Counted from the stretch's first letter, positions 40,237 through 51,791 are shown. The stretch is DNA of 64,000 bases from an uncultured delta proteobacterium (GCA_963796055.1 CAWCKH010000004.1:2816001-2880000), one strand, 5' to 3'. Notes: generated by a model not told the origin, from the sequence alone. Translations and numbers: made by a program.

Positions 40237-41901
40237 ATGGTCACTGCCGCCCTCGCGCTGGCGCTCGCCGCCGCGCCCCCCGCCCGGACCTCCGCGGTCG
40301 CCGAGCGGGCGATCACCGCCGACGCCATTCGCGCCCACGTCCGCTTCCTGGCCTCGGATCTCCTGGAAGGTCGAGGACCGGGTACCCGGGGCGACGCGCT
40401 CGCCCAGGGGTACATCGCCGCGCAGCTCGAGGCGCTCGGGCTGCGGCCCGCCGGCACGCAGGGCTTCCTCCAGCCGTTCGACATCGTGGGCGTGGACGGC
40501 CACGCCGAGACGGTGCAGTTCACCCGCGGCCGGGAGTCCCTCGTGCTCCGCCATCCCGACGAGGTGATCGTCGTGGCAGGAGACGCTGCCGCGCACACCG
40601 CGCTCGAGCGGGCGGAGCTGGTCTTCGTGGGCTACGGCATCCGCGCCCCCGAGTACGGCTGGGACGATTTCAAGGGGCGCGACCTCCGGGGCAAGGTGCT
40701 GCTGATCCTCAACAGCGATCCCGAGGATGACCCGGCGCTGTTCGCCGGCCGGACGCGTCTCTGGTACGGACGCTGGGACTACAAGTTCGAGATGGCGGCC
40801 AAGGTCGGCGCGGCAGGAGCCATCATCTTCCACACCCCGCACAGCGCGGGCTACCCCTGGCAGGTGGTGCGCAGCTCCTGGACCGGCCCGCAGTACTCGG
40901 TGCCGACGAGCGAGCGCCGCGTGCCGCTGCGAGGCTGGGTGGCGGAGGACGCCTGCCGCGAGCTCGCTGCGCTCGCGGGGAGAAGCCTGGAGGAGCTGGT
41001 GCGCTCGGCGAACCGACGCGAGTTCCAGCCGGTCCCGCTGGGCATCACCGTCAGCACCGCGTTCGATAGCCGGGTCGAGCGCACCCGGACGGCGAACGTG
41101 CTGGCCCTGCTGCCCGGGAGCGACCGGCGCCTGTCCTCGGAGGTGGTCCTCTACACCGCACACCACGACCATCTCGGCATGCGGACCGGTGCCGCCCCCG
41201 GGGAGGACGCCATCTACAACGGCGCCGAGGACAACGCCTCCGGGGTAGCCCTGATGCTCTCCATCGCCCGCGCCTACGCCGCGCTGCCGGTCGCCCCGCG
41301 GCGGAGCATCCTCTTCGCCGCGGTGGCCGCCGAGGAGCAGGGGCTGCTCGGCTCGGAGTACCTGGCCCGCCACCCGCCGGTGCTGCTCGGCCGGATCGCG
41401 GTGGACATCAACATCGACGGGGCGAACGTCTTCGGCCGTACCCGGGACGTCACCGTCATCGGGCTGGGGAAGACCGACCTGGACGTCACCCTCGGCGCCC
41501 TCGCCCGGGCGCAGGGTCGGGTGCTCCGGAGCGACCAGCTTCCGGACCGCGGGTACTTCTACCGGAGCGATCAGTTCAGCTTCGCCCGGGCGGGGGTCCC
41601 TTCGGCGTACTTCGAGAGTGGGCTCGACTACCGCGGCCGCCCGCCTGGCTGGGGCCGGGAGAAGCGCGAGGCATGGGAGGAGACCCGTTACCACCAGCCG
41701 TCGGATGAGCTGACCCCTGACTGGGATCTCGCCGGCGCGGTGGAGGACGCCCGTCTGCAGTTCGCGCTCGGATACAGCGTCGCCCAGGCCACGGCCCTGC
41801 CTGCCTGGACAAAGGGGGACGAGTTCGAGGCACCCCGGCAACGCTCCCTGGAGGCGGTCCGGCAGCATCCGCCGGGCGCCACGCCGGCCAGCGGACGGTG
41901 A
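40237..41901 (+). CDS. M28 family peptidase with PA domain, secreted
   Basis: LASDLLEGRG, TAHHDHLG, NGAEDNASG, AEEQGLLGS, RSDQFSF, YHQPSD. Confidence 0.92.
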   Translation: MVTAALALALAAAPPARTSAVAERAITADAIRAHVRFLASDLLEGRGPGTRGDALAQGYIAAQLEALGLRPAGTQGFLQPFDIVGVDGHAETVQFTRGRESLVLRHPDEVIVVAGDAAAHTALERAELVFVGYGIRAPEYGWDDFKGRDLRGKVLLILNSDPEDDPALFAGRTRLWYGRWDYKFEMAAKVGAAGAIIFHTPHSAGYPWQVVRSSWTGPQYSVPTSERRVPLRGWVAEDACRELAALAGRSLEELVRSANRREFQPVPLGITVSTAFDSRVERTRTANVLALLPGSDRRLSSEVVLYTAHHDHLGMRTGAAPGEDAIYNGAEDNASGVALMLSIARAYAALPVAPRRSILFAAVAAEEQGLLGSEYLARHPPVLLGRIAVDINIDGANVFGRTRDVTVIGLGKTDLDVTLGALARAQGRVLRSDQLPDRGYFYRSDQFSFARAGVPSAYFESGLDYRGRPPGWGREKREAWEETRYHQPSDELTPDWDLAGAVEDARLQFALGYSVAQATALPAWTKGDEFEAPRQRSLEAVRQHPPGATPASGR

Positions 41902-41929
41902 GCCGGCGCGTTAGGTTCCATCGCTTGCC

Positions 41930-44074
41930 ATGGCCGGGTTCGAGCTCGTCACCGATTACAAGCCGCAGGGAGATCAGCCGCGGGCGATCGCCGAGCTGGT
42001 GGAGGGCGTCGTCCGGGGCGACCTGCACCAGACCCTCCTCGGGGTGACCGGTTCGGGGAAGACCTTCACCATGGCGCAGGTGGTGGCCCAGGTGCAGCGG
42101 CCCACCCTGGTCATCGCCCACAACAAGACCCTGGCGGCGCAGCTCTACGGGGAGTTCAAGGAGCTCTTCCCTCGGAACGCCGTCGAGTACTTCATCAGCT
42201 ATTACGACTACTACCAGCCCGAGGCCTACATCCCTTCCTCGGACACGTACATCGAGAAGGACTCGTTCATCAACGACGAGATCGAGCGGATGCGGCACTC
42301 GGCGACGCACTCGCTCCGGACCCGCGACGACGTGCTCATCGTGGCCTCGGTGTCCTGCATCTACGGCCTGGGCACGGCCCGGAGCTACATGGCGCTGGCC
42401 GCGACGGCGCAGAAGGGCGCCGAGCTGGGGCGTGACGTGCTGATGCGCCGGCTGGTCGACGCGCAGTACACGCGCAGCGACCTGGACTTCCACCGGGGCA
42501 CCTTCCGGGTGCGGGGCGACACGGTGGAGGTCTTTCCCGCCTACGAGGAGGAGCGGGCGGTGCGGATCGAGTTCTTCGGCGACACGGTGGAGCGCATCGC
42601 CGAGTTCGACCCCCTGCGCGGGCAGTCGCTGTCCGAGGTGGAGAAGATCGTCATCTTCCCCGCCAGCCACTACGTCACCGAGGAGGAGCAGAGGGCCCGG
42701 GCCATCCGCGACATCCGGGACGAGCTGCGCGAGCGGCTGCAGTGGTTCCGGGCCCACGGCAAGCTGCTCGAGGCCCAGCGCCTCGAGGAGCGCACGATGT
42801 ACGACCTGGAGATGATGGAGCAGGTCGGCTTCTGCAACGGCATCGAGAACTACAGCCGGCACCTCTCCGGCCGCGCCGCCGGCGAGCCCCCGCCCTGTCT
42901 CCTCGACTACTACCCCAAGAACCTCCTGGTCTTCCTCGACGAGAGCCACCAGACGGTGCCCCAGATCGGCGCGATGTACCGGGGCGACCGGAGCCGCAAG
43001 GAGACCCTGGCCGAGTACGGCTTCCGGCTCCCCAGCGCGATGGACAACCGCCCGCTGAAGTTCGACGAGTTCGAGGCCATGGTCCCGCAGGCCGTCTACG
43101 TCAGCGCGACGCCGGGGGAGTACGAGCTGCAGCGGAGCCACGGGGTGGTGGTGGAGCAGGTGATCCGCCCCACCGGCCTCACCGACCCGCTGGTCGAGGT
43201 GCGGCCGGCGCGGAACCAGGTGGAGGACCTCCTGGAAGAGGTGCGCCAGCGGGCGGCGGCCAAGGAGCGGGTGCTGGTGACGACGCTCACCAAGCGGATG
43301 GCGGAGGACCTCACCGAGTACTTCGCCGACGTGGGCGTGCGCGTCCGCTACCTGCACTCGGACATCGACGCGCTGGAGCGCACGGCGATCATCCGCGACC
43401 TCCGCCGCGGCGAATTCGACGTGCTGGTGGGGATCAACCTCCTCCGCGAGGGGCTGGACATCCCCGAGGTGTCTCTGGTCGCCATCCTCGATGCGGACAA
43501 GGAGGGCTTCCTCCGCAGCCAGGTGAGCCTCATCCAGACCATCGGTCGGGCGGCCCGCCACGTCGGCGGGCGGGTGCTGATGTACGCCGACCAGGTGACC
43601 GAGTCGATGCAGCGGGCGCTCGACGAGACCCAGCGGCGGCGCGAGCTGCAAGAGGCCTGGAACCGCGCGCACGGCATCACGCCCCAGGGGGTGAAGAAGG
43701 CCATCCTCGACCTGAGCGAGGTGCTGTACCGGTCGGATGGCCTGTCCCTGCCGAAGGCCGCCGAGGACGAGCTGCTCACCGCCGAGGAGATTGGCCGGCT
43801 GACGCGCGAGTACTCGGCGGAGATGCACCGCGCGGCGGACGAGATGGAGTTCGAGCGCGCGGCGGCGCTCCGGGACAAGGTGCTCGTGCTCAAGGACATG
43901 GACCTCGGCCTGAAGCCGCCCTCGCGCTCGCTGCTGGAGACCGGGGCTCAGAGCGAGGAACGGTCCGCTGCCCCCGGGGGACGGCCGCGGGGCCGGCGCC
44001 GGGGCGCGGGCGTCGAGCGGGCTCAGCCCCAGGGAGGCTGGAGGGCCGCCGGGCGGGGCAGGAAGCGGCACTGA
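41930..44074 (+). CDS. uvrB: Excinuclease ABC subunit B
   Basis: [50 protein letters not shown]-terminal UVR domain. Confidence 0.98.
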   Translation: MAGFELVTDYKPQGDQPRAIAELVEGVVRGDLHQTLLGVTGSGKTFTMAQVVAQVQRPTLVIAHNKTLAAQLYGEFKELFPRNAVEYFISYYDYYQPEAYIPSSDTYIEKDSFINDEIERMRHSATHSLRTRDDVLIVASVSCIYGLGTARSYMALAATAQKGAELGRDVLMRRLVDAQYTRSDLDFHRGTFRVRGDTVEVFPAYEEERAVRIEFFGDTVERIAEFDPLRGQSLSEVEKIVIFPASHYVTEEEQRARAIRDIRDELRERLQWFRAHGKLLEAQRLEERTMYDLEMMEQVGFCNGIENYSRHLSGRAAGEPPPCLLDYYPKNLLVFLDESHQTVPQIGAMYRGDRSRKETLAEYGFRLPSAMDNRPLKFDEFEAMVPQAVYVSATPGEYELQRSHGVVVEQVIRPTGLTDPLVEVRPARNQVEDLLEEVRQRAAAKERVLVTTLTKRMAEDLTEYFADVGVRVRYLHSDIDALERTAIIRDLRRGEFDVLVGINLLREGLDIPEVSLVAILDADKEGFLRSQVSLIQTIGRAARHVGGRVLMYADQVTESMQRALDETQRRRELQEAWNRAHGITPQGVKKAILDLSEVLYRSDGLSLPKAAEDELLTAEEIGRLTREYSAEMHRAADEMEFERAAALRDKVLVLKDMDLGLKPPSRSLLETGAQSEERSAAPGGRPRGRRRGAGVERAQPQGGWRAAGRGRKRH

Positions 44075-46029
44075 TGCCCTCGGCAGCGCTCGAGGAGAAG
44101 CTGGAGCGGCTCCCCACCGCCCCTGGCGTCTACCTCATGAAGGACGCCCGGGGAGAGGTCATCTACGTCGGCAAGGCGGTGAACCTCCGCTCCCGCGTAC
44201 GCTCGTACTTCGGGCGGAGCAGCGACACCCGGGCCTTCATCCCCTTCCTCGATTCGTGGCTCGCCGACGTGGACACGGTGGTGGTGAGCAACGAGAAGGA
44301 GGCGCTCCTCCTCGAGAACGAGCTCATCAAGCGGCACCAGCCGCGGTTCAACGTCCTCCTCAAGGACGACAAGAACTTCATCTGCCTGCGGCTGGACCCG
44401 GGCGGCGAGTGGCCACGGCTGGAGGTGGTGCGCCGGTTCAAGCGCGACGGGGCGATGTACTTCGGTCCCTACGCGAGCGCGAGCAGCATCCGGGAGACCT
44501 TGCGGATCATCAATCGCTACTTCCAGCTGCGGACCTGCTCGGACCACGTGCTCCACCACCGGAAGCGGCCCTGCCTTCTGTACCAGATCGGCCGATGCCC
44601 GGCGCCGTGCGTGTACGACGTCTCGCAGCAGGAGTACGCCGAATCGGTCCGGGAGGTGGCGCTGTTCCTGGAAGGGAAGGGTGGGGAGCTGCTCGGTGCG
44701 CTCCGGGCGCGGATGAAGGCGGCTGCGGACGCCCTCCGCTTCGAGCAGGCGGCGCGGCTCCGCGACCAGCTCTTCGCCATCGAGCGATCGCTGGAGCGGC
44801 AGAAGGTCGCCACCACCGAGCCCATCGACCAGGACGTGTTCGGCTACCACCGCGAGGCGGACCGGCTGGTGGTCTACGTCCTGTACGTCCGGCAGGGGCG
44901 GCTCAACGGCGGCCAGGCCTTCCCGTTCACCGGGCAGGAGTTCCCGGACGAGGAGCTCATCGGGAGCTTCGTCAACCTCTACTACGGCGAGGACAACGTG
45001 CTGCCGGACGAGGTGCTGCTCCCGCTCCGGCCGGAAGGCGGCGTGGAGCCGCTGGCCGAGCTTCTCACCGAGAAGCGTGGACGCCGCGTGCGGGTGGTGG
45101 TGCCCCAGCGGGGCGAGAAGCTGCGGCTGGTGGAGATGAGCGCGGCCAACGCCCGGCAGGCGCTGCTCGACCAGCGGCGGAGCAAGGACGAGCTGGAGAA
45201 GGTCCTGGATCGCCTCGAGGACCGACTCCACCTCACGGCGTTGCCCCGCCGGATGGAGTGCTTCGACATCTCACACTTCCAGGGCAGCAGCATCGTGGCC
45301 AGCCAGGTGGCGATGACCGAGGGCGAGCTGGACCGGTCGCGCTACCGGCGCTTCCGGATCAAGAGCGTGCAGGCGCAGGACGACTTCGCCTCGATGTACG
45401 AGGTGGTGAGCCGGCGGCTGCGGCGGGGGCAGGAGGCGGGCGATCTCCCGGACCTCCTGGTCATCGACGGCGGGAAGGGGCAGCTGGCCTCGGCGCGGGC
45501 GGCGATGAAGGACGTCGGGGTCAGGGTCGACGTGGTCGGGCTGGCCAAGTCCCGCGAGCTGGACTCGGATGACCAGGCCGGCGCGGTGGCCCGGAGCCCC
45601 GAGCGGGTCTTCCTGGTGGACCGGAGGGACCCCATCGTGCTGCCGCAAAACTCCCCCGAGCTGTTCCTCCTGGTGCGGCTCCGCGACGAGGCGCACCGCT
45701 TCGCCATCACCTACCAGCAGAAGCTGATGCGCCGGCGGAATTTCAAGAGCGTGCTGGAGGACGTCCCCGGCGTGGGCGAGGGCCGGAAGAAGGCTCTGCT
45801 CCGGGCCTTCGGGTCGCTCAAGCGCATCCGGGAGGCGAGCATCGAGGAGCTGGCCTCCGAGGCCGGGGTGGGGACGACGCTTGCCGAGCGGATCCACGCC
45901 CATCTGCACGCCACCGACGCCGAGCTGCGCCGGGAGGTGGCCGAGGGACAGGTGGACGGGGACGCCGTTCGTGAAGCCTCGCTGGAAGACGCTGCGGCGG
46001 CCGAATCGTCCCCCGGACGCGGTGCCTGA
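44074..46029 (+). CDS. uvrC: Excinuclease ABC subunit C
   Basis: PGVYLM..IYVGKA (GIY-YIG), [22 protein letters not shown], HhH motif; TGATG overlap with uvrB. Confidence 0.98.
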   Translation: MPSAALEEKLERLPTAPGVYLMKDARGEVIYVGKAVNLRSRVRSYFGRSSDTRAFIPFLDSWLADVDTVVVSNEKEALLLENELIKRHQPRFNVLLKDDKNFICLRLDPGGEWPRLEVVRRFKRDGAMYFGPYASASSIRETLRIINRYFQLRTCSDHVLHHRKRPCLLYQIGRCPAPCVYDVSQQEYAESVREVALFLEGKGGELLGALRARMKAAADALRFEQAARLRDQLFAIERSLERQKVATTEPIDQDVFGYHREADRLVVYVLYVRQGRLNGGQAFPFTGQEFPDEELIGSFVNLYYGEDNVLPDEVLLPLRPEGGVEPLAELLTEKRGRRVRVVVPQRGEKLRLVEMSAANARQALLDQRRSKDELEKVLDRLEDRLHLTALPRRMECFDISHFQGSSIVASQVAMTEGELDRSRYRRFRIKSVQAQDDFASMYEVVSRRLRRGQEAGDLPDLLVIDGGKGQLASARAAMKDVGVRVDVVGLAKSRELDSDDQAGAVARSPERVFLVDRRDPIVLPQNSPELFLLVRLRDEAHRFAITYQQKLMRRRNFKSVLEDVPGVGEGRKKALLRAFGSLKRIREASIEELASEAGVGTTLAERIHAHLHATDAELRREVAEGQVDGDAVREASLEDAAAAESSPGRGA

Positions 46030-46062
46030 GGGCTACGCTGCTGCGGAGGCCGGAGGTATCGC

Positions 46063-46596
46063 GTGCGACTTGCCCCGAGGGTCATTCCCGCCATTTCTCG
46101 CGAAACGATCCAACAGCTGATGCAGGATGGGGACATCGAGGTCGAGCCGATGCGCGTCGCCGACGCGGAGATGGACCTCTCGGCCATCATGCGCGAGTAC
46201 CTCACCAACGAGGAGCGGGTGAATCAGGCGACCCGCGAGGCCCTGGAGCGCCGGGGTTACGACCAGAGCAGGTTCGACCAGGTAAGGCGGGAGATGGCCG
46301 ACGCCCGCGGCTTCAAGATGGGCGACGAGGGCGTCGCGCACGTGGTCAACCAGATGATCGAGTTCCTCCTCCTCAGCCGCAACGTCGAGGAGGTCTTCGC
46401 CGGCGACGACGTCCTCCGCCCGAAAGTCCTCGCGGTGATGAAGAAGTACCTAGACCTCGAGGAGAGGCCGCCCCCCGGCCACTCGGGTGGGATGCCGACC
46501 GAGGCCCGCGTGTCGGATGCGCCGCCGCGCCCCCAGCCCCCGGAGGACCCGGATCGGCGCGAGCCGCACGCCACGGACGGAAGCGACGTCCACTGA
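46063..46596 (+). CDS. DUF507 family paralog with replaced, Pro-rich C-terminus
   Basis: First ~134 aa closely match the downstream gene, followed by a low-complexity tail. Confidence 0.75.
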   Translation: MRLAPRVIPAISRETIQQLMQDGDIEVEPMRVADAEMDLSAIMREYLTNEERVNQATREALERRGYDQSRFDQVRREMADARGFKMGDEGVAHVVNQMIEFLLLSRNVEEVFAGDDVLRPKVLAVMKKYLDLEERPPPGHSGGMPTEARVSDAPPRPQPPEDPDRREPHATDGSDVH

Positions 46597-46769
46597 AGGG
46601 CGGGCGGTCGCTCCCGGGCCCAGTTGGTCGCCCGGCCGCCTGCTGATGCGCGCGAAAAAAGTCCCTGATTTCGTTGCGGCGCGGACCCCGCCCTGATGTA
46701 TAGCGGGGGCTTCCACGAGCGACGCCGGCAGTCAATCTTCGGGGGCACCGCCGGTACCCAGGAAGGCTT

Positions 46770-47288
46770 ATGAGGCTTTATCCCAAGGTGATTCCCGTCA
46801 TCTCCCGCGAGACGATCCAGCTGCTGATGCAGGACGGGGACATCGAGGTCGAGCCGATGCGGATCGCCGACGCCGAGATGGACCTCTCGGCCATCATGCG
46901 TGAGTACCTCACCAACGAGGAGCGCGTGAACCAGGCAACCAGGGAGGCGCTCGAGCGCCGGGGCTACGACTACAGCAAGTTCAACCAGGTGAAGCGCGAG
47001 ATGGCGGACGTCCGCGGCTTCAAGATGGGCGACGAGGGGATCGAATACGTCATCAACCAGATGATCGAGTTCCTTCTCATCAGCCGGAACGTCGAGGAGG
47101 TCTTCGCCGCCGACAACGTGCTCCGGCAGAAGATCTTCGCGGTGATGAAGAAGCACCTCGACGTGGACGAGGAGATCGATCGCGAGGCCCGTGCCCGACT
47201 GAAGCACCTGCAGGAAGGCACCAGCGCCTTCGACATCGAGTACAACAAGACGGTCGAGCAGATCCGCCGCGCCCGCGGGCTGATCTGA
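46770..47288 (+). CDS. DUF507 family protein
   Basis: MRLYPKVIPVISRE..., DEEIDREARARLKHLQEG...ARGLI; family assignment from memory. Confidence 0.8.
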   Translation: MRLYPKVIPVISRETIQLLMQDGDIEVEPMRIADAEMDLSAIMREYLTNEERVNQATREALERRGYDYSKFNQVKREMADVRGFKMGDEGIEYVINQMIEFLLISRNVEEVFAADNVLRQKIFAVMKKHLDVDEEIDREARARLKHLQEGTSAFDIEYNKTVEQIRRARGLI

Positions 47289-47435
47289 CGCGCGGGCGCT
47301 CCGGCCCGGCGAGCGCGCAGACCCCCCTGGCACGCACCTCCCCCGACATGGCTTCCCGCGCCGCTGCCGGAATCTCCCGCGCCCGACGTGCGGGTGCGCG
47401 CGAGCGTCCGCGGTTCACCGCGCGCGACTCGAAAA

Positions 47436-47463
47436 TTGACCCGTCAGGCCAGCCGTCTACCGT
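47436..47463 (+). promoter_or_regulatory. Candidate sigma70 promoter
   Basis: TTGACC, 16-bp spacer, TACCGT; 8 nt upstream of GTG 47472. Confidence 0.4.
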
Positions 47464-47471
47464 TCGCCTCC

Positions 47472-47834
47472 GTGTCCAGCTCCGAGCTCGCGCCCTCGAT
47501 CTCTCCCGGAAATTCTCTCGAGTCGCTCTCGCGGACCGCGGGTGATGCGCTCCGCCGCGCCCTGGCCTCCTCGGCCATCGGCGGCGTGCTCTCCACGCAG
47601 GTCGAGGAGGATCTGCGCTCGGCGCTGACCGGTCTCGAGGCGCTGCACGCCCACCTCGAGGATCTCGTGTCCACGCTTCTCGAGCCGCGCCCCACGCCGC
47701 TCGCCCTGGTCGAGGCGGCGGACGATGCCCGCGCCCAGGCCGCGCTGCTCTCGCTGGAGGAGACGCTGACCTCGCTCCGCCGCCGGCTGGGTCAGGCCGC
47801 GGCGCAGCTCCGGGTCCGGCCCGAGCCGGCGTAG
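47472..47834 (+). CDS. Hypothetical helical protein
   Basis: Coiled-coil-like ORF; GTG 47472 is in frame with ORF 47388..47834. Confidence 0.55.
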   Translation: MSSSELAPSISPGNSLESLSRTAGDALRRALASSAIGGVLSTQVEEDLRSALTGLEALHAHLEDLVSTLLEPRPTPLALVEAADDARAQAALLSLEETLTSLRRRLGQAAAQLRVRPEPA

Positions 47835-47838
47835 CAGC

Positions 47839-49170
47839 TTACAGACCGGCGAACGACAGCCCCAGCCGGGCCAGGCCCCCGACCACCAGCAGCCACGCGG
47901 GGTTCAGATCGAAGCGCACCGCGGTGAGGGCGGTCGCCGCGGCGATGCCCACCTCGACCTTCGCGTCGAAGCTCCCGCCCAGGGTGATGGCCGCCCCCGC
48001 CATCAGCCCCACCACCGCCGGAGTGAGCCCGCGCAGCGCCGCGCGCACCCAGCGCCGCGAGCGGACGCGATCGAGCCAGGTCCCGAGCAGCCCCACCAGT
48101 GCGAACGGCCCTGAGAAGATGGCCACCGTGGCCACCACGGCCCCCAGCCAGCCGTGCTGCAGGTACCCGATGAAGGTTGCCATCAGGAGCACCGGGCCGG
48201 GGGTGATCTTCGCGATGGCCACCGCATCGGCGAACTGGCGATCGGTGATCCAGTTGTGGATGTGCACCATCTGCCGCAGGTGGGGGATGATCGCGAACCC
48301 GCCGCCGTACGCGCCGAGCCCGGTGCGGAAGTACACCACCGCCATCTCGATGAGCTTGGCGTCGAGCCCGGTGGCGTGTACCACCGCGGCGACCGTCCCC
48401 AGGGTTCCGATCAGCAGCGGGGTGTGGAGGGTGGTGGACTCGGTGGACGGAGCCGACGGCGGAGCGGAGGGGCGGTCGGTGTGCCGCGGCGGATCCAGCG
48501 GCGTGCCTTCCTCGGGCAGCGCCACCGGTGGCCGCCGCGTGACGAGCCCGCGCGCCCGGGCCAGCGCCCGCCGCGCGCCGAGGTCGACGGCAAGCCCGGA
48601 GCAGATGGCCAGCAGCACCACCTCGGCGGGGGAGGCGCTCCCCAGCACCGAGAGCAGCAACGCGCCCGCGGCGACGCCCATCTGCCACAGCTGGTTCACC
48701 CCGGTACGGACCATCTTCAGGGTGATGGCGCAGATGATGCCCACCACCGCGGCGTTGAAGCCCGCCAGCAGCCGGTCCGCGGACGGCACGGTCCCGAAGC
48801 GCACGTACACCCAGGAGAGCACCCCCACCGCCAGCGCTCCGGGAAGCACGAAGCCCACGTATCCGGCCAGCGCTCCGGCCCAGCCGCCGAAGCGCATCCC
48901 GATGTAGGCCAGCGCATTCGCCGCGGCCCCGCCCGGCAGCATCTGCGACACGGTCATGGTGTTGGAGAACTCACGCTCGGTGAGCCAGCCGCGCTTCTTC
49001 ACCACCTCGCCGTCGATCTGCGACAGCACGCTGATGCCGCCCCCGAACCCCACGCAGCCCAGCCAGAACGCGGTGGTGAACAGGTCTCGGTGGGAAGGAC
49101 GTTCGCGGGCTGTGGAGCGCGCGGTGGCCCGACGGAGCCACTCCGCGGTGCTGCCGAGGACACTGCTCAT
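47839..49170 (-). CDS. chrA: Chromate efflux transporter (long-chain CHR family)
   Basis: Two CHR repeats: GFGGG...SQMLPG and AYGGG...ITPGP...ATFIGY. Confidence 0.9.
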   Translation of the reverse strand: MSSVLGSTAEWLRRATARSTARERPSHRDLFTTAFWLGCVGFGGGISVLSQIDGEVVKKRGWLTEREFSNTMTVSQMLPGGAAANALAYIGMRFGGWAGALAGYVGFVLPGALAVGVLSWVYVRFGTVPSADRLLAGFNAAVVGIICAITLKMVRTGVNQLWQMGVAAGALLLSVLGSASPAEVVLLAICSGLAVDLGARRALARARGLVTRRPPVALPEEGTPLDPPRHTDRPSAPPSAPSTESTTLHTPLLIGTLGTVAAVVHATGLDAKLIEMAVVYFRTGLGAYGGGFAIIPHLRQMVHIHNWITDRQFADAVAIAKITPGPVLLMATFIGYLQHGWLGAVVATVAIFSGPFALVGLLGTWLDRVRSRRWVRAALRGLTPAVVGLMAGAAITLGGSFDAKVEVGIAAATALTAVRFDLNPAWLLVVGGLARLGLSFAGL

Positions 49171-49186
49171 GGGAGCACCGACGACT

Positions 49187-50911
49187 CTAGCGCGCCCGGG
49201 ATTCTGTGCGAGTCCCGGCCGGAGCACCGTCCCTGGCTGGACGGTTGCCGGGCGGAGCGTCCGAGGCTGCAAGATCGAGCAGTGCATCATGGACCTCCGT
49301 CCAGGTCGCACCGTCCTCGGTGATCTCCCACCCGCTCCGGGCAAGCCGCCGCCCGAGCGCCTCGGCTGCCGCCCGACCACGCCGCGCGGCGACGAGGGTG
49401 AGCAGCTCGTAGTCCTCGAGCCCATCGCGCACCGTCTTCAGCCGGAGCGAGGGGACGAGCAGGGGCGCCTCGTCCCCCACCTGCGCGCGCGTGCCGGGAT
49501 AAAAAAAGGTTCCGTCCCCGTTGCCACCGAAGCGCCACACGTCACGCCACGGCTGACCGTCCTTCTCCCAGGCCGTCAAGGTGTCGAAGTACAGCTCGCC
49601 GTCGATCCGCTCCAGAAAGGCGAGGACTCCCATTGCGCGGTTCCGCGGACCGGAGTGGTCGATCATGTACGACGCCCACCCGGTCATCGAGGCCGCGAGC
49701 TTCCGGTCCTGGGGTGGCCCGTCACAACCGTGCGTCATGCAGCTCTGGTACCACCACAGCTGCTTGCCCGGGGGGAGGCGTGGCCGGACGCCGGACACCG
49801 GCTGCGCACCGGGGCAGAGCGGGCGCCCCGGACGCGGGAAGAGGCACACCAGCACCGGGGCGACGATGTCCGCCGCGTCCCACAGGCTGGAGCGGAACGA
49901 GGTCACGAGGATCGGCAGGTTGCCGACGGCGTGGGTGAGCGCCGACTGTGCCCGAACCAGCGCGTCATCGGCCGGCGCTGGCTCGTCCTTCGCGTAGTAC
50001 CAGAGGAGCTGTGGCCACCCTCGCGCGGCGAAGTGGGCCTGCCAGGCGCGGAAGTAGGCGACGCGCTCGGCGCGGCTGAGTCGCGGGTCGTCGCGGACCT
50101 CGGCGGTGGTGAAGCGTGCCCCGGACGGCAGCGCGGTGCCGCCGAGCACGTCCGCCATCTCGGCGTCGTATCCGCCGAAGTCCACCACCCGCGTGCTACC
50201 GGGCCCGGGCCGCGACGGCAACGGGTCGATGCCCATCTGGAAACCGCTCAGCCGGTGCTCGAGCAGGGCGCGACCGGCGGCCCGGAGCAGCGCCACGCCC
50301 TCCGGCGAGTCCCGGGGCACGCCGAAGCCGTGCGCCAGCACGTACACCCCGAGGCCCCAGGTGTTCTTCAAGGTGGAGGTCGCCGGGATGTTCACCGGGG
50401 CGACGGCGAGCTCGAGCGGCAAGGTCGCGCCAGGGCCCTCCCGGAAGGTCACCGCGAGCTGACCCCGGTAGCCCCCGGGCTCCACCCCGGCCGGGACGCA
50501 GGCCTCGAGATAGAGCACCAGCGGCCGCTCCGCGGTCGAGCGCGCCGGGAGGACGGCCGGGTTCGTGCCGCCGCGGGCGCGGTGCACGGGGAGCAGTGGA
50601 TCCGGCCACGGACCGGCTGCCCCCCCGCCTTCCGTCGACCGGGTGAGCTCCATCCAGACCTCGCGATAGACGCGTACGCGGAGCTCGTCGGCTGCGGGCC
50701 CGCGCAGCGGCGCGACCTCGGCCGACAGGACCTCGGCCGGGGGCGCGACGTAGATCTGGAGTCCCTCGCACTCGCCGCGCGCGGCCCTGAGCTTTGCCGC
50801 CCCGAGCACCTCGAGCGGGCGCCCGGGCCGTACCTTGGCCAGCGCCGGCACCGGGACCAGCCGGGGAGGCGCGACGAGCGCGACGAGCACGAGGACGGGG
50901 AGCGGGGACAC
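49187..50911 (-). CDS. DUF4091 / GH123-like secreted protein
   Basis: AARGECEGLQ, WPDPLLP, KDEP, WWYQSC, NGDGTFFYPG, SLRLKTVRDGLEDYELL. Confidence 0.8.
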   Translation of the reverse strand: MSPLPVLVLVALVAPPRLVPVPALAKVRPGRPLEVLGAAKLRAARGECEGLQIYVAPPAEVLSAEVAPLRGPAADELRVRVYREVWMELTRSTEGGGAAGPWPDPLLPVHRARGGTNPAVLPARSTAERPLVLYLEACVPAGVEPGGYRGQLAVTFREGPGATLPLELAVAPVNIPATSTLKNTWGLGVYVLAHGFGVPRDSPEGVALLRAAGRALLEHRLSGFQMGIDPLPSRPGPGSTRVVDFGGYDAEMADVLGGTALPSGARFTTAEVRDDPRLSRAERVAYFRAWQAHFAARGWPQLLWYYAKDEPAPADDALVRAQSALTHAVGNLPILVTSFRSSLWDAADIVAPVLVCLFPRPGRPLCPGAQPVSGVRPRLPPGKQLWWYQSCMTHGCDGPPQDRKLAASMTGWASYMIDHSGPRNRAMGVLAFLERIDGELYFDTLTAWEKDGQPWRDVWRFGGNGDGTFFYPGTRAQVGDEAPLLVPSLRLKTVRDGLEDYELLTLVAARRGRAAAEALGRRLARSGWEITEDGATWTEVHDALLDLAASDAPPGNRPARDGAPAGTRTESRAR

Positions 50912-50924
50912 GCCGGAGGCGTGT

Positions 50925-51680
50925 CTAGCGGCCGCGGGCGAGCGTGGAGAGGTCGATCAGGCGACCGGGCTTGTATTCCGTCCACTCGGCGACGACTGGT
51001 CCGAGCGCAAAGTCCGCCTCCATTCGCATCGGGACGTGGGCGTCGTCGTCGCTGAACCAGATGTGCAAGGTGCGGGCGGAGAGCTTGCCGGAGAACTCGG
51101 TCCGGAGCCGCACCCGGACGGCCTGCCTCTCGCCGAGCGGGGTCTCCACCGGCCCGCGGCCCTCGACCTGGGCAATGCCCCTGAACAGCTTCGAGCCGGT
51201 GAAGATGGGGATGGACAGTTCGTCGCCATCCTGGAGCCGGGCGGTGCGGATGAGGAACACCGCCGAGGCGACGTCGACCGCGCCGGGCGGCACCTCGACC
51301 TGCGCCTCGCGGGGGGACTCGCCCTCGGTCTGGCGGAAGACGTGGGCCTTCCCCGCGCCGGCGTCGAACTCGATCTTCAACCGCCGCCGCTTCCGGTTCT
51401 CGTCGGAGTACATCTCCAGGCCCCGGGAACGACCGCTGGCCGGGTCCCACCAGGAGATGATCTTGTTCCGCATCGGGTAGACGACCAGGTCGCACCGCCC
51501 GTTGGTGACGATGGGAAGGCTGCCGGGTCGCGCGGGGGACTCCGCGCCCACACTGACATCGGCCGTCCCGGCAGGGAGCCCCAGCCAGCTCACCCGGTAG
51601 GTGATCTGCTCCCCCGGACCGAGGGCGCCCGGCGACGAGGTCGGGGCGGCGAGCATCAGGGCGAGGACCACGGCGGACAC
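50925..51680 (-). CDS. DUF3108 family protein
   Basis: PGEQITYRVSWLGLPAG, VETPLG, IWFSDD..HVPMRM; signal peptide. Confidence 0.8.
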   Translation of the reverse strand: MSAVVLALMLAAPTSSPGALGPGEQITYRVSWLGLPAGTADVSVGAESPARPGSLPIVTNGRCDLVVYPMRNKIISWWDPASGRSRGLEMYSDENRKRRRLKIEFDAGAGKAHVFRQTEGESPREAQVEVPPGAVDVASAVFLIRTARLQDGDELSIPIFTGSKLFRGIAQVEGRGPVETPLGERQAVRVRLRTEFSGKLSARTLHIWFSDDDAHVPMRMEADFALGPVVAEWTEYKPGRLIDLSTLARGR

Positions 51681-51791
51681 GCAGTGAAGTCTAGCTGCGC
51701 CCGGGGACGGATGCTCGGCCCGCTGCGGCACCGCGCCCTGGCGGGCCGGTGCTCGAGCGCCGGTTCGGCGTAAGCTCCGGTGTGTCCAGCG

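Noticed and set aside
46598..46646. GC-rich hairpin between the DUF507 copies as an intrinsic terminator
   Set aside because: Large loop and no adjacent U-tract on the + strand; not enough support.
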